Source of the DNA: Elusimicrobiota bacterium
GTDB taxonomy: Bacteria > Elusimicrobiota > Elusimicrobia > UBA1565
Direction: 5' to 3'
DNA length: 51,070 nucleotides
Assembly (NCBI GenBank): GCA_043819795.1
Contig: JBDREN010000103.1
Span: 1-51,070 of the forward strand
Below the pieces are notes generated by a model that was not told the DNA's origin, made no database searches, and saw only the letters and a list, made by a program, of their open reading frames with translations. Below, piece by piece: positions 17,758 through 26,965 of the stretch (positions within the stretch are counted from its first letter, which is position 1; each line of letters opens with the position of its first letter). The translations under genes were made by a program, and so were the position numbers.

Positions 17758-18890
17758 GCCGCCAGCGATCGGTAGACCTCCAGAGTCTCGCGAGCCGCTC
17801 TTTCCCAGGTGAACTCCCGGATGCGCTCGAACCCCTTCTTCACCAGGCTTTCTTTGAGGCGCCGGTCCGTCGTGACCGCCCGGATGGCCTGGTGGAAGCC
17901 CTCCGGCGAATCCGGGTCGACGAGGATCCCGGCGTCGCCGATCACTTCGGGCAGCGACGCGGCGCGTGCGGCGACGACGGGTGTGCCGCACGCCATCGCT
18001 TCCAGCGGGGGCAGCCCGAAGCCCTCGAGCTTGGACGGGTAGACCAGGGCCTCCGCGCTTTGGTACAGGCTTCGCAACTGCTCCTGGGTCACCGGGTACC
18101 GGAAGATCACGTCCTCGTCGACGCCCGATTCACGGCAGGTCTGCCGGAGCTCCTCGAAGTAGGGGCTTTTGCGTCCCACGAGCACCAACTGGAATCCGCG
18201 GCCCTCGTCGGAGCGCTTGAACATGGAGAACGCCCGGACCAGCGTGTCCAGGTTCTTCCGCCTCTTGATCTCGGAGACGAACAGCAGGAAGGGACGGCGC
18301 ACACCCAGGACGGAGAGGTCCTCCACCCGCTCCGTCACCCGGAATAGAGGGGCGGGCCCTCCGTAATAGACGCGGGCCACGCGCTCGGGCGGCACTCCCC
18401 ATTCCCGGGTTACCTCTCCGCGCGTAAAATCGGAGATGGCGATGATTTTGTCCGCCGAGCGGACGAAGGCCGCGGTCTGCGTCTTGAAGTAGAACGGCTC
18501 CCACCACGTCTTGGTGTCCCACGGTCCCCCCACGTGATGGAGGGTCAGGACCGACGGGACGCTCCTGAGCCGCGGGAGGACGTTGCCGGTCCCGTGAAAG
18601 ACGTCCAGATGCAGCGGCCTGAGCCAGCTCTCCTGGATCGGGAGGCGCAGGAAGCGCTCCAGCGGCAGGAGTATCCGCTGGGGAAAGCGGCGTAGAGCGA
18701 GGTGGAAATTCCGTTCTTTCGGCAGCCGCACCTGATGGATCCGGTCCGGGCACCCCGTCCAGAACGCGGCGTAGAGAAAATACTCGTTCTCGCGGTCCAC
18801 GCGGGCCAGCGCGTCGAGCAGCAGCTCGATGTAGCGCCGAAGCCCGCTCCCCTCGTTGAGAGCCGAGCTGATTTCGATCCCGATCCGCAT
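17754..18890 (-). CDS. GT4 glycosyltransferase (MtfB/WbaZ-like)
   Basis: 'IIAISDFT', 'KRRKNL', 'YPSKLEGFGLPPLEAMACGTPVV...SLPEV', 'FTWERAARETLEVY'. Confidence 0.9.
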   Translation of the reverse strand: MRIGIEISSALNEGSGLRRYIELLLDALARVDRENEYFLYAAFWTGCPDRIHQVRLPKERNFHLALRRFPQRILLPLERFLRLPIQESWLRPLHLDVFHGTGNVLPRLRSVPSVLTLHHVGGPWDTKTWWEPFYFKTQTAAFVRSADKIIAISDFTRGEVTREWGVPPERVARVYYGGPAPLFRVTERVEDLSVLGVRRPFLLFVSEIKRRKNLDTLVRAFSMFKRSDEGRGFQLVLVGRKSPYFEELRQTCRESGVDEDVIFRYPVTQEQLRSLYQSAEALVYPSKLEGFGLPPLEAMACGTPVVAARAASLPEVIGDAGILVDPDSPEGFHQAIRAVTTDRRLKESLVKKGFERIREFTWERAARETLEVYRSLAA

Positions 18891-18905
18891 ATGGGGCGCC
18901 GGGGC

Positions 18906-20033
18906 TCAGCCGGCGAGCTGGCGTTTCTTCAGCTCGGCGTAGGCCGCGTCGCCGCTGTCCTCCGGCTTCTGCGTCCGCATCCAGTCCAGGAGCTCCCGCA
19001 TGCCGTCGGAGAAGGACTTGTCCGGCGAGAAGCCGAGCAGCCGCTTGGCCTTGGCCCCGTCGGCGAAGCAGTGGCGGATGTCCCCCTCGCGGAACTCGTT
19101 GACGATCCGCGGCTCGCCGCGCCGGCCGAGCAGCTCCGAGAGCGACCGGGCCACCTCGAGGACGGTCACCGGCTTGCCGGAACCGAGGTTGATCGCTTCG
19201 TAGGAGACGTCGGCCCTCTCGACGGCCAGGCGCAGCGCGCGGGCGAGGTCCGAGACGTGGATGAAGTCCCGGCTCTGCCTCCCGTCCTCGAATATGATCG
19301 GCGGCCTGTCGTTGAGCAGCCGTCCCGAGAAGATGGCGACGACCCCGGTGTACGGGTTCGAGAGCGCCTGCCGGGTGCCGAAGACGTTGAAGAACCGGAG
19401 CGCGACCGTCGGGATCTTGTAGGCGCGTCCGATGGAGAGGCACATCTCCTCCTGGTCCCGCTTATTGATCGCGTAGACGGACGTCGGCTGGGGGAGCTTG
19501 TCCTCCGGCGTCGGCAGCGGCTCCATGGCCCCGCGGCAGTCCGGGCAGCGCATCTCCCAGTCCCGCGCCTTGAGCTGCTCGACCGGGCGGACCGCCGGCG
19601 CGCGGTCCGCGCCGCAGCCCGGGCACCGGTAGAGGCCCTCCCCGTAGAGGCTCATGGAGGAGGCCACGACGAGCCGCCGGACGCGCGGCTGCCGCTGGGT
19701 CAGGACTTCTAGGAGCGTCGCCGTATCGGCGACGTTGCTGAGGGTGTAGCGTTCGATCTCGTACATGGACTGGCCCACGCCCACCACGCTGGCGAGGTGC
19801 ACGACGACCTCGACCCCGTCGAGAGCCCGGTCCAGCAGGCCCCGGTCGCCGACCCGCCCGGCCCAGAGCTTGACCTCGGGGTTCAGGTAGTCCGGCTTCC
19901 GGCGCCCCGGGTGGACCTGCGGCTCGAGGGAGTCGAGGACGCTCACCTCGTAGCCGTTGGAGAGCATGTGGTCCGCCAGGTGCGAGCCGATGAACCCGGC
20001 CCCGCCCGTGATCAAGACTTTTGTCTTCGCCAT
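18906..20033 (-). CDS. NAD-dependent nucleotide-sugar epimerase/dehydratase with a CxxC...CxxC insertion
   Basis: '[11 protein letters not shown]', 'ASSMSLYGEG', 'CPGC...CPDC', 'YAINK' (YxxxK), 'RFFNVFG', 'SRDFIHV'. GGAGG RBS. Confidence 0.9.
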   Translation of the reverse strand: MAKTKVLITGGAGFIGSHLADHMLSNGYEVSVLDSLEPQVHPGRRKPDYLNPEVKLWAGRVGDRGLLDRALDGVEVVVHLASVVGVGQSMYEIERYTLSNVADTATLLEVLTQRQPRVRRLVVASSMSLYGEGLYRCPGCGADRAPAVRPVEQLKARDWEMRCPDCRGAMEPLPTPEDKLPQPTSVYAINKRDQEEMCLSIGRAYKIPTVALRFFNVFGTRQALSNPYTGVVAIFSGRLLNDRPPIIFEDGRQSRDFIHVSDLARALRLAVERADVSYEAINLGSGKPVTVLEVARSLSELLGRRGEPRIVNEFREGDIRHCFADGAKAKRLLGFSPDKSFSDGMRELLDWMRTQKPEDSGDAAYAELKKRQLAG

Positions 20034-20049
20034 GACGCCTCCATTACAA

Positions 20050-20150
20050 ACAACGTAACCGTGACCCCCGAAAACCCCCTCGGTGTTGAGGGGGCCTACT
20101 TATACAACGTAACCGTGACCCCCGAAAACCCCCTCGGCGTTGAGGGGGCC
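20050..20150 (-). repeat. Two 47-bp direct repeats (period 54 bp), each a hairpin plus TTTT on the minus strand (terminator-like)
   Basis: ACAACGTAACCGTGACCCCCGAAAACCCCCTCGG(T/C)GTTGAGGGGGCC at 20050 and 20104, with a 7-bp spacer. The minus strand reads CCCCCTC-AAC(G/A)CC-GAGGGGG-TTTT. Confidence 0.9.
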
Positions 20151-20157
20151 GCCGGGA

Positions 20158-20937
20158 TCATTTGTACGAACGCACGAGCAGCAGGACCAGCGGCTTGATC
20201 ATTTCGTACCAGCCGATGCCGGGCCTGATCTTCGTGAAGCTCGCGCCTCCCGTGCGGGGCGCGTAGCGCCGCGTGACGGGGATCTCGCAGGTCCGCAGGC
20301 CCGAGCGGATCGCCTTCCAGGCCATGTACTGCTCGACCTCGTATTTCCGGAACCGCTCCGAGAAGAGTCCGTCCCCCATCGCGCGCAACGTGCGGGTCGA
20401 GAACGCCCGGTAGCCGTTGGTCGTGTCGGTCATCCATCGGAGCGCGGCGAGCGAGAAAAGAGGCGCGTGCACCAGGCGGATCGCGAGGAAGCGATAGGGC
20501 GGGGTGTTGATGTGCCTGCCTCCCGGCCGGAAGCGGGAGCCCTGGACGTAGTCGTAGCCCGCCTCGAGCTTCTGCAGGAAGCGCGGGACGGCGTCCACCC
20601 CGTCGCGGTCGTTGCCGTTCATGAGGACGACGGCCCGGTAGTCCCTCCGGAGGTACCAGTCCATGCCGGCCTTGATGTTGGGGCTGAGGCCCATGTTGCG
20701 CTCGAGGCGCGTGATCCCGCGCAGCCCGAACTCGGAGATGAGGCGGGGCGGGGTCGAGCCGTCGGTCGAGCCGTCGTCGCCCAGCATGAGGTCGTAGCCG
20801 CGCTCGGAGGCCGGGGGGAAGCGACGGAGCTGGGTCTCGAGCTTGGCGCCCTCGTTGTAGGCGAAGATGTAGACCAGGTACGGGTGCCGGGCCGCGACGC
20901 CGGGCTCGTAGCCGTAGCGCGGAACGTCCCGATTCAC
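20158..20937 (-). CDS. GT2 glycosyltransferase, DPM1/ArnC-like (polyprenol-phosphate sugar synthase type)
   Basis: 'FAYNEG', 'DDGSTDGS', 'VQGSRF', 'TDTTNGYRAF', 'EIPVTR'. The DxD region reads 'MNGNDRD'. GTGA overlap. Confidence 0.8.
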   Translation of the reverse strand: MNRDVPRYGYEPGVAARHPYLVYIFAYNEGAKLETQLRRFPPASERGYDLMLGDDGSTDGSTPPRLISEFGLRGITRLERNMGLSPNIKAGMDWYLRRDYRAVVLMNGNDRDGVDAVPRFLQKLEAGYDYVQGSRFRPGGRHINTPPYRFLAIRLVHAPLFSLAALRWMTDTTNGYRAFSTRTLRAMGDGLFSERFRKYEVEQYMAWKAIRSGLRTCEIPVTRRYAPRTGGASFTKIRPGIGWYEMIKPLVLLLVRSYK

Positions 20938-22187
20938 GCTCGCGCCTCCCCGCGGGCCAGCCGGGCCGCTTCCGACATCCCCCAGGCGGCGAACACGGCG
21001 AGCAGGGGCAGGACGGGCATCGTGTAGCGCGGGTCCCCTATCGTCAAGACGTGGATGTTCATGTAGAGCACCATCAAGACCAGCGGCTGCGCGGCTCCCG
21101 TCCTCCAACTCAGGAGCATCCCCCAGGCAGCCGCCGCCACGAACGCCAATTCTAGGATTTTAAAGAGCGCTTTTGTCCCGGCCCGGAGCCACTGTCCGCG
21201 GCGGCGGTACTCGTGGAAGCCGTCCCCCAGGCGGAACGTCCGCTCGGCCCACCCGCTCCGGAGCCAGAGGTAGCGAAGGCGCCCGACGCAGTAGCCGGCG
21301 TAGCGCAGCGGGCGCTCGCGTATGCTCCGGAGCGCGGCCTCCTTGGAGACGGGGCCCACCCGGGGGTCCTTGGTCAGGAAATACGTCCGGAACGGTTCGG
21401 GAAGGTCCTCGTCGGGCTGGATGCCGCGGACCCCCGTCGTGCTCTGGTAGAGGCTGTGCCAGCCCATGCCGTCCTCGAAAAGGATGATCCGGCCGAAGCG
21501 GGCCCAGTTGCGCGAGACCCACGGCGTCAGGACGACGAACGAGCAGCCGACTAGGAGCAAAGCCTTCTTCCACGACAGGCTGCGCGGCAGCAGCCAGGGG
21601 GCGGCGGCGATCAGGAGGAAGGGAAACGCGAGCATGGTCGAGCGGCAGAGCAGGCTCAGCCCGATCAAGAGCCCGCTCGCGCCCCACCGCCCGGCGCGGT
21701 CGGGCCGCTCCCATAAGCCGACGAGAGCCCAGGCCGTGAGGACCAGCAGGGTCGCGTAGAGCGGTTCGGGCCCCTCCATCAAGTCGAGCTGGCCCAGCGC
21801 CGGGTTGAGCGCCGTCAGCCAGCAGGCCAGGACGGCGCGCCGCTCGCCGCTGAACCGCAGCGCCAGGCGGTACGTCAGCAGGATCGTCAGCGAGCTCAGG
21901 ACGATGTTCAGAAAATGGATCGGGACCCGCGCGTGGACGTCGGGGGACAGCAGCAGGGCCCCGGCGACGAGGATCGGGTAGAGGGGCAGGCGGAAGGCGG
22001 AGGGGCCCGTCCAGTCGAAGCCCAGGAACCCGTCGCGGGCCAGATGCAGGCCCAGGGTATGGTACTCGGACAAAAAGGGTTTGCCCAGCGTGTGCTCGGG
22101 ATTGACGAGCGCGAGCCAGATCCGGAAGAGCCAGGCGGCCGCTAAAGCCAGCCAGACCGCCGCGGGAAAGGCTTTCGCGAGCCTCAT
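20934..22187 (-). CDS. GT-C (ArnT/PMT-like) membrane glycosyltransferase
   Basis: Polytopic; 'SAFRLPLYP', 'EPLYATLL', 'PWVSRNW', 'DPRYTMPVLPLL'. ATGA overlap at 22184-22187. Confidence 0.75.
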   Translation of the reverse strand: MRLAKAFPAAVWLALAAAWLFRIWLALVNPEHTLGKPFLSEYHTLGLHLARDGFLGFDWTGPSAFRLPLYPILVAGALLLSPDVHARVPIHFLNIVLSSLTILLTYRLALRFSGERRAVLACWLTALNPALGQLDLMEGPEPLYATLLVLTAWALVGLWERPDRAGRWGASGLLIGLSLLCRSTMLAFPFLLIAAAPWLLPRSLSWKKALLLVGCSFVVLTPWVSRNWARFGRIILFEDGMGWHSLYQSTTGVRGIQPDEDLPEPFRTYFLTKDPRVGPVSKEAALRSIRERPLRYAGYCVGRLRYLWLRSGWAERTFRLGDGFHEYRRRGQWLRAGTKALFKILELAFVAAAAWGMLLSWRTGAAQPLVLMVLYMNIHVLTIGDPRYTMPVLPLLAVFAAWGMSEAARLARGEARA

Positions 22188-23320
22188 GAGAGCGAACGGT
22201 AGACGGCCAGGGTGTCGCGGGCCGTCTTCTCCCAGGTGGCCGAGGCCGCGCGCCGCAGTCCCTTGTCCCGCAACGTCCGCCGGAGAGCGTCGTCGTCGAG
22301 GACGCGCCTCAGGGCGTCGCGGAGCCCGTCGACGTCGTCCGGAGCCACCAGGAGGGCGGCGTCCGCCGCCACCTCGGGCAGGGAGGTGACGTTCGAGGTG
22401 ACAACCGGGGTCCCGCAGGCCATGGCCTCGAGGACCGGGAGCCCGAACCCCTCGTAGTACGAGGCGAAGACGAGCGCGTCGGCGAGGTTGTAGAGGCCCA
22501 CGAGGTCGTCCTGGGGGACGTGCCCGAGCCAGCGCACGCGTCCGGCCAGCCCCGCATCCTCGATCAGCCGCCGCGCCGCGTCGTGGCAGGCGCCGGGCTG
22601 GCCGGCCATCACGAGGTGCGTGTCGGCGAGGGAGTCGGGCAGGGCAGCCAGGGCCCGGATCGAGTTGGCCGGATCGCACCAGGGGTCGAACGGGCCGATC
22701 ATCAGGAGATAGCGCGCCGGCAGTCCGTAGCGGGACCGGACGACCTCCAGCGCCGGCGCCTCGAGGGGCCGGAAGCGGGACCGGTCGACGCCCCACAGGA
22801 TCACCTCGATGCGCTCGGGCTTCACGTTCCAGCGCTCGACGAGGTCCTTCTTCGTGTGCTCCGAGATGGCGATCACTTTGTCGACACGGTCCATGCCTGG
22901 CTTCAGGACGGAGTTCCATAGGTCCGTGAGGTACGGAGTGGTCCACTCCGGATGGACGACGGGGAAGAGGTCGTAGACGGTCGTGACCGTCGGCAGCAGC
23001 CGCCGTCGCGGGATCCTGTGCGCGTGGAGCAGGTCGACTCCGCGCAGCCTCAGATAGGCGCCGATGCAGGGCAGCCCGAGCCGCCATTCGAAGAGGCTCA
23101 CCGCCGACTCCGGCCAGCGGGGGATCATGAGCCGGTAGCGGGCCCCGTCGGGAGGAGCCAAGCGTGCGCGCTTCGCCGCGTAATCCCGGAAAAAGTAGGC
23201 GAACAGGTGGTATTCGTCGCCGGGATCCAGCCGGCTGAGCTCATGGATCAGGTGGCGGGTGTAGACGCTGACGCCGCCCCTGCCGCCGCCGTGCAGCGGC
23301 TCTTCGATCGCGATGCGCAT
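22184..23320 (-). CDS. GT4 glycosyltransferase (MtfB/WbaZ-like)
   Basis: 'TVYDLFP', 'IAISEHTKKD', 'SYYEGFGLPVLEAMACGTPVVTSNVTSLPEV'. Confidence 0.9.
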   Translation of the reverse strand: MRIAIEEPLHGGGRGGVSVYTRHLIHELSRLDPGDEYHLFAYFFRDYAAKRARLAPPDGARYRLMIPRWPESAVSLFEWRLGLPCIGAYLRLRGVDLLHAHRIPRRRLLPTVTTVYDLFPVVHPEWTTPYLTDLWNSVLKPGMDRVDKVIAISEHTKKDLVERWNVKPERIEVILWGVDRSRFRPLEAPALEVVRSRYGLPARYLLMIGPFDPWCDPANSIRALAALPDSLADTHLVMAGQPGACHDAARRLIEDAGLAGRVRWLGHVPQDDLVGLYNLADALVFASYYEGFGLPVLEAMACGTPVVTSNVTSLPEVAADAALLVAPDDVDGLRDALRRVLDDDALRRTLRDKGLRRAASATWEKTARDTLAVYRSLS

Positions 23321-23332
23321 GAAAGCGGCACA

Positions 23333-23341
23333 AGTTTACCA
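23333..23341 (-). promoter_or_regulatory. Extended -10 element (TGGTAAACT)
   Basis: AT-rich intergenic islet, 12 nt upstream of the ATG at 23320. Confidence 0.5.
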
Positions 23342-23441
23342 ATTAGTGGTTCGCGGCAAAAGCGTCCCGGGCGGTGATCGCGCCCGAATTTCCGCGGCAA
23401 ACGTCGACTAAGAGCGCGACGGGTCCTGCTCCAGGCCCGGT

Positions 23442-25061
23442 CTATGCGCCCTGCGCAGATCTCCGGCGCAACACGGCGTCCAGCAGATGCCGGAGGGTGT
23501 CCCGCTCCTCGCGCCCCAAGAGCCGGAGGCCGACGAGGTAGTAGACCGCCGCGGCGGCGGCGGCGAGAGCGATGAGTCCCGGCCAGCGCCACGCGACGCT
23601 CCGAAGCGGCCATACGAGGGCCATCAGCACGACGCCCGCGGCGAGAGGCCGCAAGAGGACCTTCCTCAGATACTCGAGGGGCGACATGCCGAAGAAGCGC
23701 GCGCTTATAAACAGCACCCAGGGGATGTTGACCAGGATCTGGGCGAGGGCGAAGGACAGCGCCGCCCCCACGATCCCGTAGCGCGGGATGAGCAGCACCC
23801 AGAAGCCCACGCAGACAAAAGCCTGGGTCGCCATGCACGCGAGCGCGTACTGCGGCCTGCCCGTCCCGAAGGCCGCCGTGACCGGCATGGAGCCCAGCAG
23901 GTAGAAAAAGTATCCGATGAGCAGGAACCGGAGCGGCCAGACTCCCTGTACGGAGAACTCGGATCCCAGCCATAGGGTCAGGAAGTGGGGGGCGAAAACG
24001 GCGAGGACGATGAATCCCGGGAGCACGAGCCATAGCACCAGCTGGCTGCACTGGTTGTGGACCTTCTTGAGGGACGATTGGTCGCCCGTGCCGGACAACT
24101 CGCTGATGACCGGAAGGGCCGTCACCAGGACCGAGTTCGGGAGGACCCAGAACTTCTGGAGGATGAAGGCCGGGATCAGATAGTACGTCAATTGCGACAG
24201 GGGGTAGAAGTAGCCGATGACGAATTTGTCCCACTGGAACAAGACGGCCCAGCCTATCTGGAACAGCCAGTTCTGTATCGCGTAGCCGAACAGCACCCGC
24301 TCCCTGACCGGCGCGTCCGCGGAGCCTTCCGGGGGGCGCGGACCGTTCCGTCCGCGGACCAGGAGGCGGACCGCGTCGATGGCGGCATGCAGTCCGCCCG
24401 GACCGATCCGCTCGCGCATGAGGCGGAAGACCACGAACAGGAACACGCCGGCCAAGACCGCGTGGAGAGCGGCATACAGCCCGCCCACGGCCCGCAGGTG
24501 CAGCCCCGTGGCCAGGAGCATGGCGCTCCCCGCGAGGAACCCGCCGGTCTGCAGCACCGCGACGAGGCTGGCCAGCCCGAAGCGCTGCATCCCCTGGAAG
24601 ACCGCCACGGCGAACTGCGTCAGAGAAAAGAAGACCGCCCCGGCCGCCGCGCAGGCGAGGACCCAGGCCGCGGCGTCCTGGAGGGAAGGGTCCACATTGA
24701 AGAAGGACGCCACCAGATGGCGCCGCAACAAGAACACGGCCGCGGCCCCTATCAAGACCCCCGCCACGTGAAAAAACAGCGTCAGGTTCCACGTGACGCG
24801 CAGGCCTTGGCGGTCGTCCTTGGCGAGGTATTCGGCGACGTACTTCAGCGTGGCCGCGCCCGCCCCCATCGTCAGCAGCGTCAGATAGCCCGTGATCAGC
24901 CCGATGAGCCCGTAGAGGGCGTAGCCTTCCACGCCGAGGCCCCGGACGATATAGGGAACGAGCAGGATGCTCAGGACGATGAGCGCGGTCTGGCCCGAGA
25001 TGTTCCAGAACATGTTCCAGCTGAAGCGGACGGCCCGCGAAGAGCTTCCCGTTCCTTTCAT
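23442..25061 (-). CDS. Wzx-type oligosaccharide flippase (MOP family)
   Basis: About 12-14 TMs; 'PYIVRGLGVEGYALY', 'QWDKFVIGYF...LTYY', 'LIPRYGIVGAAL'. Confidence 0.85.
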   Translation of the reverse strand: MKGTGSSSRAVRFSWNMFWNISGQTALIVLSILLVPYIVRGLGVEGYALYGLIGLITGYLTLLTMGAGAATLKYVAEYLAKDDRQGLRVTWNLTLFFHVAGVLIGAAAVFLLRRHLVASFFNVDPSLQDAAAWVLACAAAGAVFFSLTQFAVAVFQGMQRFGLASLVAVLQTGGFLAGSAMLLATGLHLRAVGGLYAALHAVLAGVFLFVVFRLMRERIGPGGLHAAIDAVRLLVRGRNGPRPPEGSADAPVRERVLFGYAIQNWLFQIGWAVLFQWDKFVIGYFYPLSQLTYYLIPAFILQKFWVLPNSVLVTALPVISELSGTGDQSSLKKVHNQCSQLVLWLVLPGFIVLAVFAPHFLTLWLGSEFSVQGVWPLRFLLIGYFFYLLGSMPVTAAFGTGRPQYALACMATQAFVCVGFWVLLIPRYGIVGAALSFALAQILVNIPWVLFISARFFGMSPLEYLRKVLLRPLAAGVVLMALVWPLRSVAWRWPGLIALAAAAAAVYYLVGLRLLGREERDTLRHLLDAVLRRRSAQGA

Positions 25062-25074
25062 GGGGCTATATGTT

Positions 25075-25082
25075 AGTATAAT
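25075..25082. promoter_or_regulatory. Overlapping divergent -10 hexamers (TATAAT on +, TATACT on -)
   Basis: AGTATAAT in a 43-bp gap between divergent starts 25061 (-) and 25105 (+). Confidence 0.6.
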
Positions 25083-25104
25083 CCGACCGCGCTCCACCTG
25101 GAAA

Positions 25105-26025
25105 ATGAAAGTCCTCATCATCGGGGCCACGGGGCTGCTCGGTCATACGCTCTACCGCCGCTGGTCGGCCCGGAGGGGCTGGGAGGTGGTGGGCACCCGC
25201 CTGAGCCTCGCTCTCGGCGGGCTGCGGCGTTTCGACTTGTTGGAGGCGGGGGCGGCCTCGGCTCTTATGCGGGAGGCGCGTCCCGACGCGGTGGTCCTGC
25301 CGGCCTCGAACCCGCACGTCGACCACTGCGAGACCCATCCCGATGAGACGCGGCGCCTGAACGTCGACGCCACGCTGGCCGTGGCGCACGAGGCGCGCGA
25401 GCTGGGGGCCCGCTTCGTCTTCTTCTCGTCCGATTACGTGTTCGACGGAGGCATGGACTCCTACCGCGAGGAGGACGAGCCGCGCCCGCTCAACGAGTAC
25501 GGGCGCCAGAAGCTCGCCGTCGAGAGGGAGCTCGCCGGGATGGGCGCGGGGGCCCTGGTGCTGCGGCTTTCGGGGCTCTTCGGCTGGGAGCTCCGCCCCA
25601 AGAACTTCGTCGTCCGGCTTCTGAAGGAGCTCGGCCAAGGGCGCCGGGTCCGGGTCGCGTCCGACCAGTACTATAACCCGACCTACGCCCAGGACGTGGC
25701 CGCGGTCCTGGCGGAGCTCCTGGAGAGCGGCGCTTCGGGAGTCTTTCACGCGGCCGGCTCGGAAAGGTTCACGCGGGCCGGATGGGCGAGGGCGGTCGCC
25801 GACGTCTTCGGGCTCGACGCCTCGCTTCTCGACGCCGTGCCCGCCGAGGCGTTCGCGTCCCCGCGGACCGCGAAGCGCCCCGGCAGCTCGTCGCTCGACT
25901 GCGCGAAGGCGGCGGGGCTTCTGGGGGCGCCGCTCCCCGGAGGGCGGCGGGGCCTGGAGAGGATGCTCGCTTCGCGCGCCCAATGGGAGGCGTACGCGGC
26001 CGGCCTCAAGGAGAGTATGAGTTGA
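25105..26025 (+). CDS. RmlD-like SDR (dTDP-4-dehydrorhamnose reductase family)
   Basis: 'MKVLIIGATGLLG', 'VDHCE', 'FSSDYVFDG', 'PLNEYGRQK', 'DQYYNPTY', 'AKRPGSSSLD'. Confidence 0.85.
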   Translation: MKVLIIGATGLLGHTLYRRWSARRGWEVVGTRLSLALGGLRRFDLLEAGAASALMREARPDAVVLPASNPHVDHCETHPDETRRLNVDATLAVAHEARELGARFVFFSSDYVFDGGMDSYREEDEPRPLNEYGRQKLAVERELAGMGAGALVLRLSGLFGWELRPKNFVVRLLKELGQGRRVRVASDQYYNPTYAQDVAAVLAELLESGASGVFHAAGSERFTRAGWARAVADVFGLDASLLDAVPAEAFASPRTAKRPGSSSLDCAKAAGLLGAPLPGGRRGLERMLASRAQWEAYAAGLKESMS

Positions 26026-26089
26026 AGCGGATGCCGCCGGGCCGGCCGCGGCCCGCCGGGCCCGGGCCCGGCGGAGGAGGCGGGGCGCG

Positions 26090-26785
26090 ATGAGCGAGCC
26101 CGAGCTGAGCGTCGTCATCCCCACGGTCAACGAGGCGGCGAGCATCGGGGGCGTGGTGCGCGGCGTGCGGGCCGAGGCCGGGCGGCTGGGCGCGGCCTGC
26201 GAGGTGATCGTGGTCGACGGCGGCTCCTCCGACGGCACCTGCCGGGAGGCCCGGGCCGCCGGGGCGCGGGCGATGGAGGATTGCGGCGGGTTCGCCGAGT
26301 CCCTGCGCCGGGGGATCGCCGCGGCCCGGGGCGGGTTCATCCTCGTGATGGACGGCGACGGGTCGCACCCGGTCGAGACTTTTTCGGAGATGTGGCGCCG
26401 CCGCCACGAGGCCGATGTCGTCGTGGGGTCGCGGCTGGTGCCGGGCGGGGATCTGGAGCTGCCGGCCCACCGCCGGTGGCTCACGCGGCTGCTCAACGGC
26501 TTCTTCCGTCTGGCGCTGCGGCTCCCGGTGGCCGACTCCTCGAGCGGTTTCCGGCTCTACCGCGCCGGCGCGCTGCGCGGGATCGAGGGGAGCTCGGCGG
26601 GGTTCGAGTTCCAGCAGGAAACGCTGCTCGAGATCCTGCGCAATGGGGGGAGCGCCGTGGAGGTGCCGATCCGGTATGTCTGGCGCGCCGCGGGGACGTC
26701 GAAAGCGCGCATCTTGGCGCTCGGCTTCGGCTACCTGCGCACGGCCGCGCGCTTCTGGTGGAAGTCGTTCAGGAATATGCGATGA
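26090..26785 (+). CDS. GT2 glycosyltransferase, DPM1-like
   Basis: 'SVVIPTVNE', 'VDGGSSDGT', 'MDGDGSH', 'VGSR', 'DSSSGFRLY', 'EVPIRY'. GGAGG RBS. Confidence 0.85.
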   Translation: MSEPELSVVIPTVNEAASIGGVVRGVRAEAGRLGAACEVIVVDGGSSDGTCREARAAGARAMEDCGGFAESLRRGIAAARGGFILVMDGDGSHPVETFSEMWRRRHEADVVVGSRLVPGGDLELPAHRRWLTRLLNGFFRLALRLPVADSSSGFRLYRAGALRGIEGSSAGFEFQQETLLEILRNGGSAVEVPIRYVWRAAGTSKARILALGFGYLRTAARFWWKSFRNMR

Positions 26786-26965
26786 CCCCGTCGGCCGTCC
26801 CCGTGCGTCTGGTCGTCCCGGCCTAAAACGAGGGCCGGAGCCTGGCGTCGCCGCGCGAGCGGATCGCCGCCGCGCTCGAGGAACGCCGTCCGATCACGGA
26901 CCTGCGCCACGAGGGCGGCCCTGGCTCCGCCGGCCGTCGGGATCGTCCGGGGCCTTCCTGCTGTT

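Noticed and set aside
20050..20150. CRISPR array or integron attC interpretation of this and the other repeats
   Set aside because: Only 2-3 units, no unique 30-40-bp spacers, no cas or integrase gene in the window, and no clear RYYYAAC/GTTRRRY pair.
26782..26965. Short ORF (26782-26826) and GC-rich gap between convergent genes
   Set aside because: No motif, repeat or convincing terminator was seen; the ATGA overlap can be chance.
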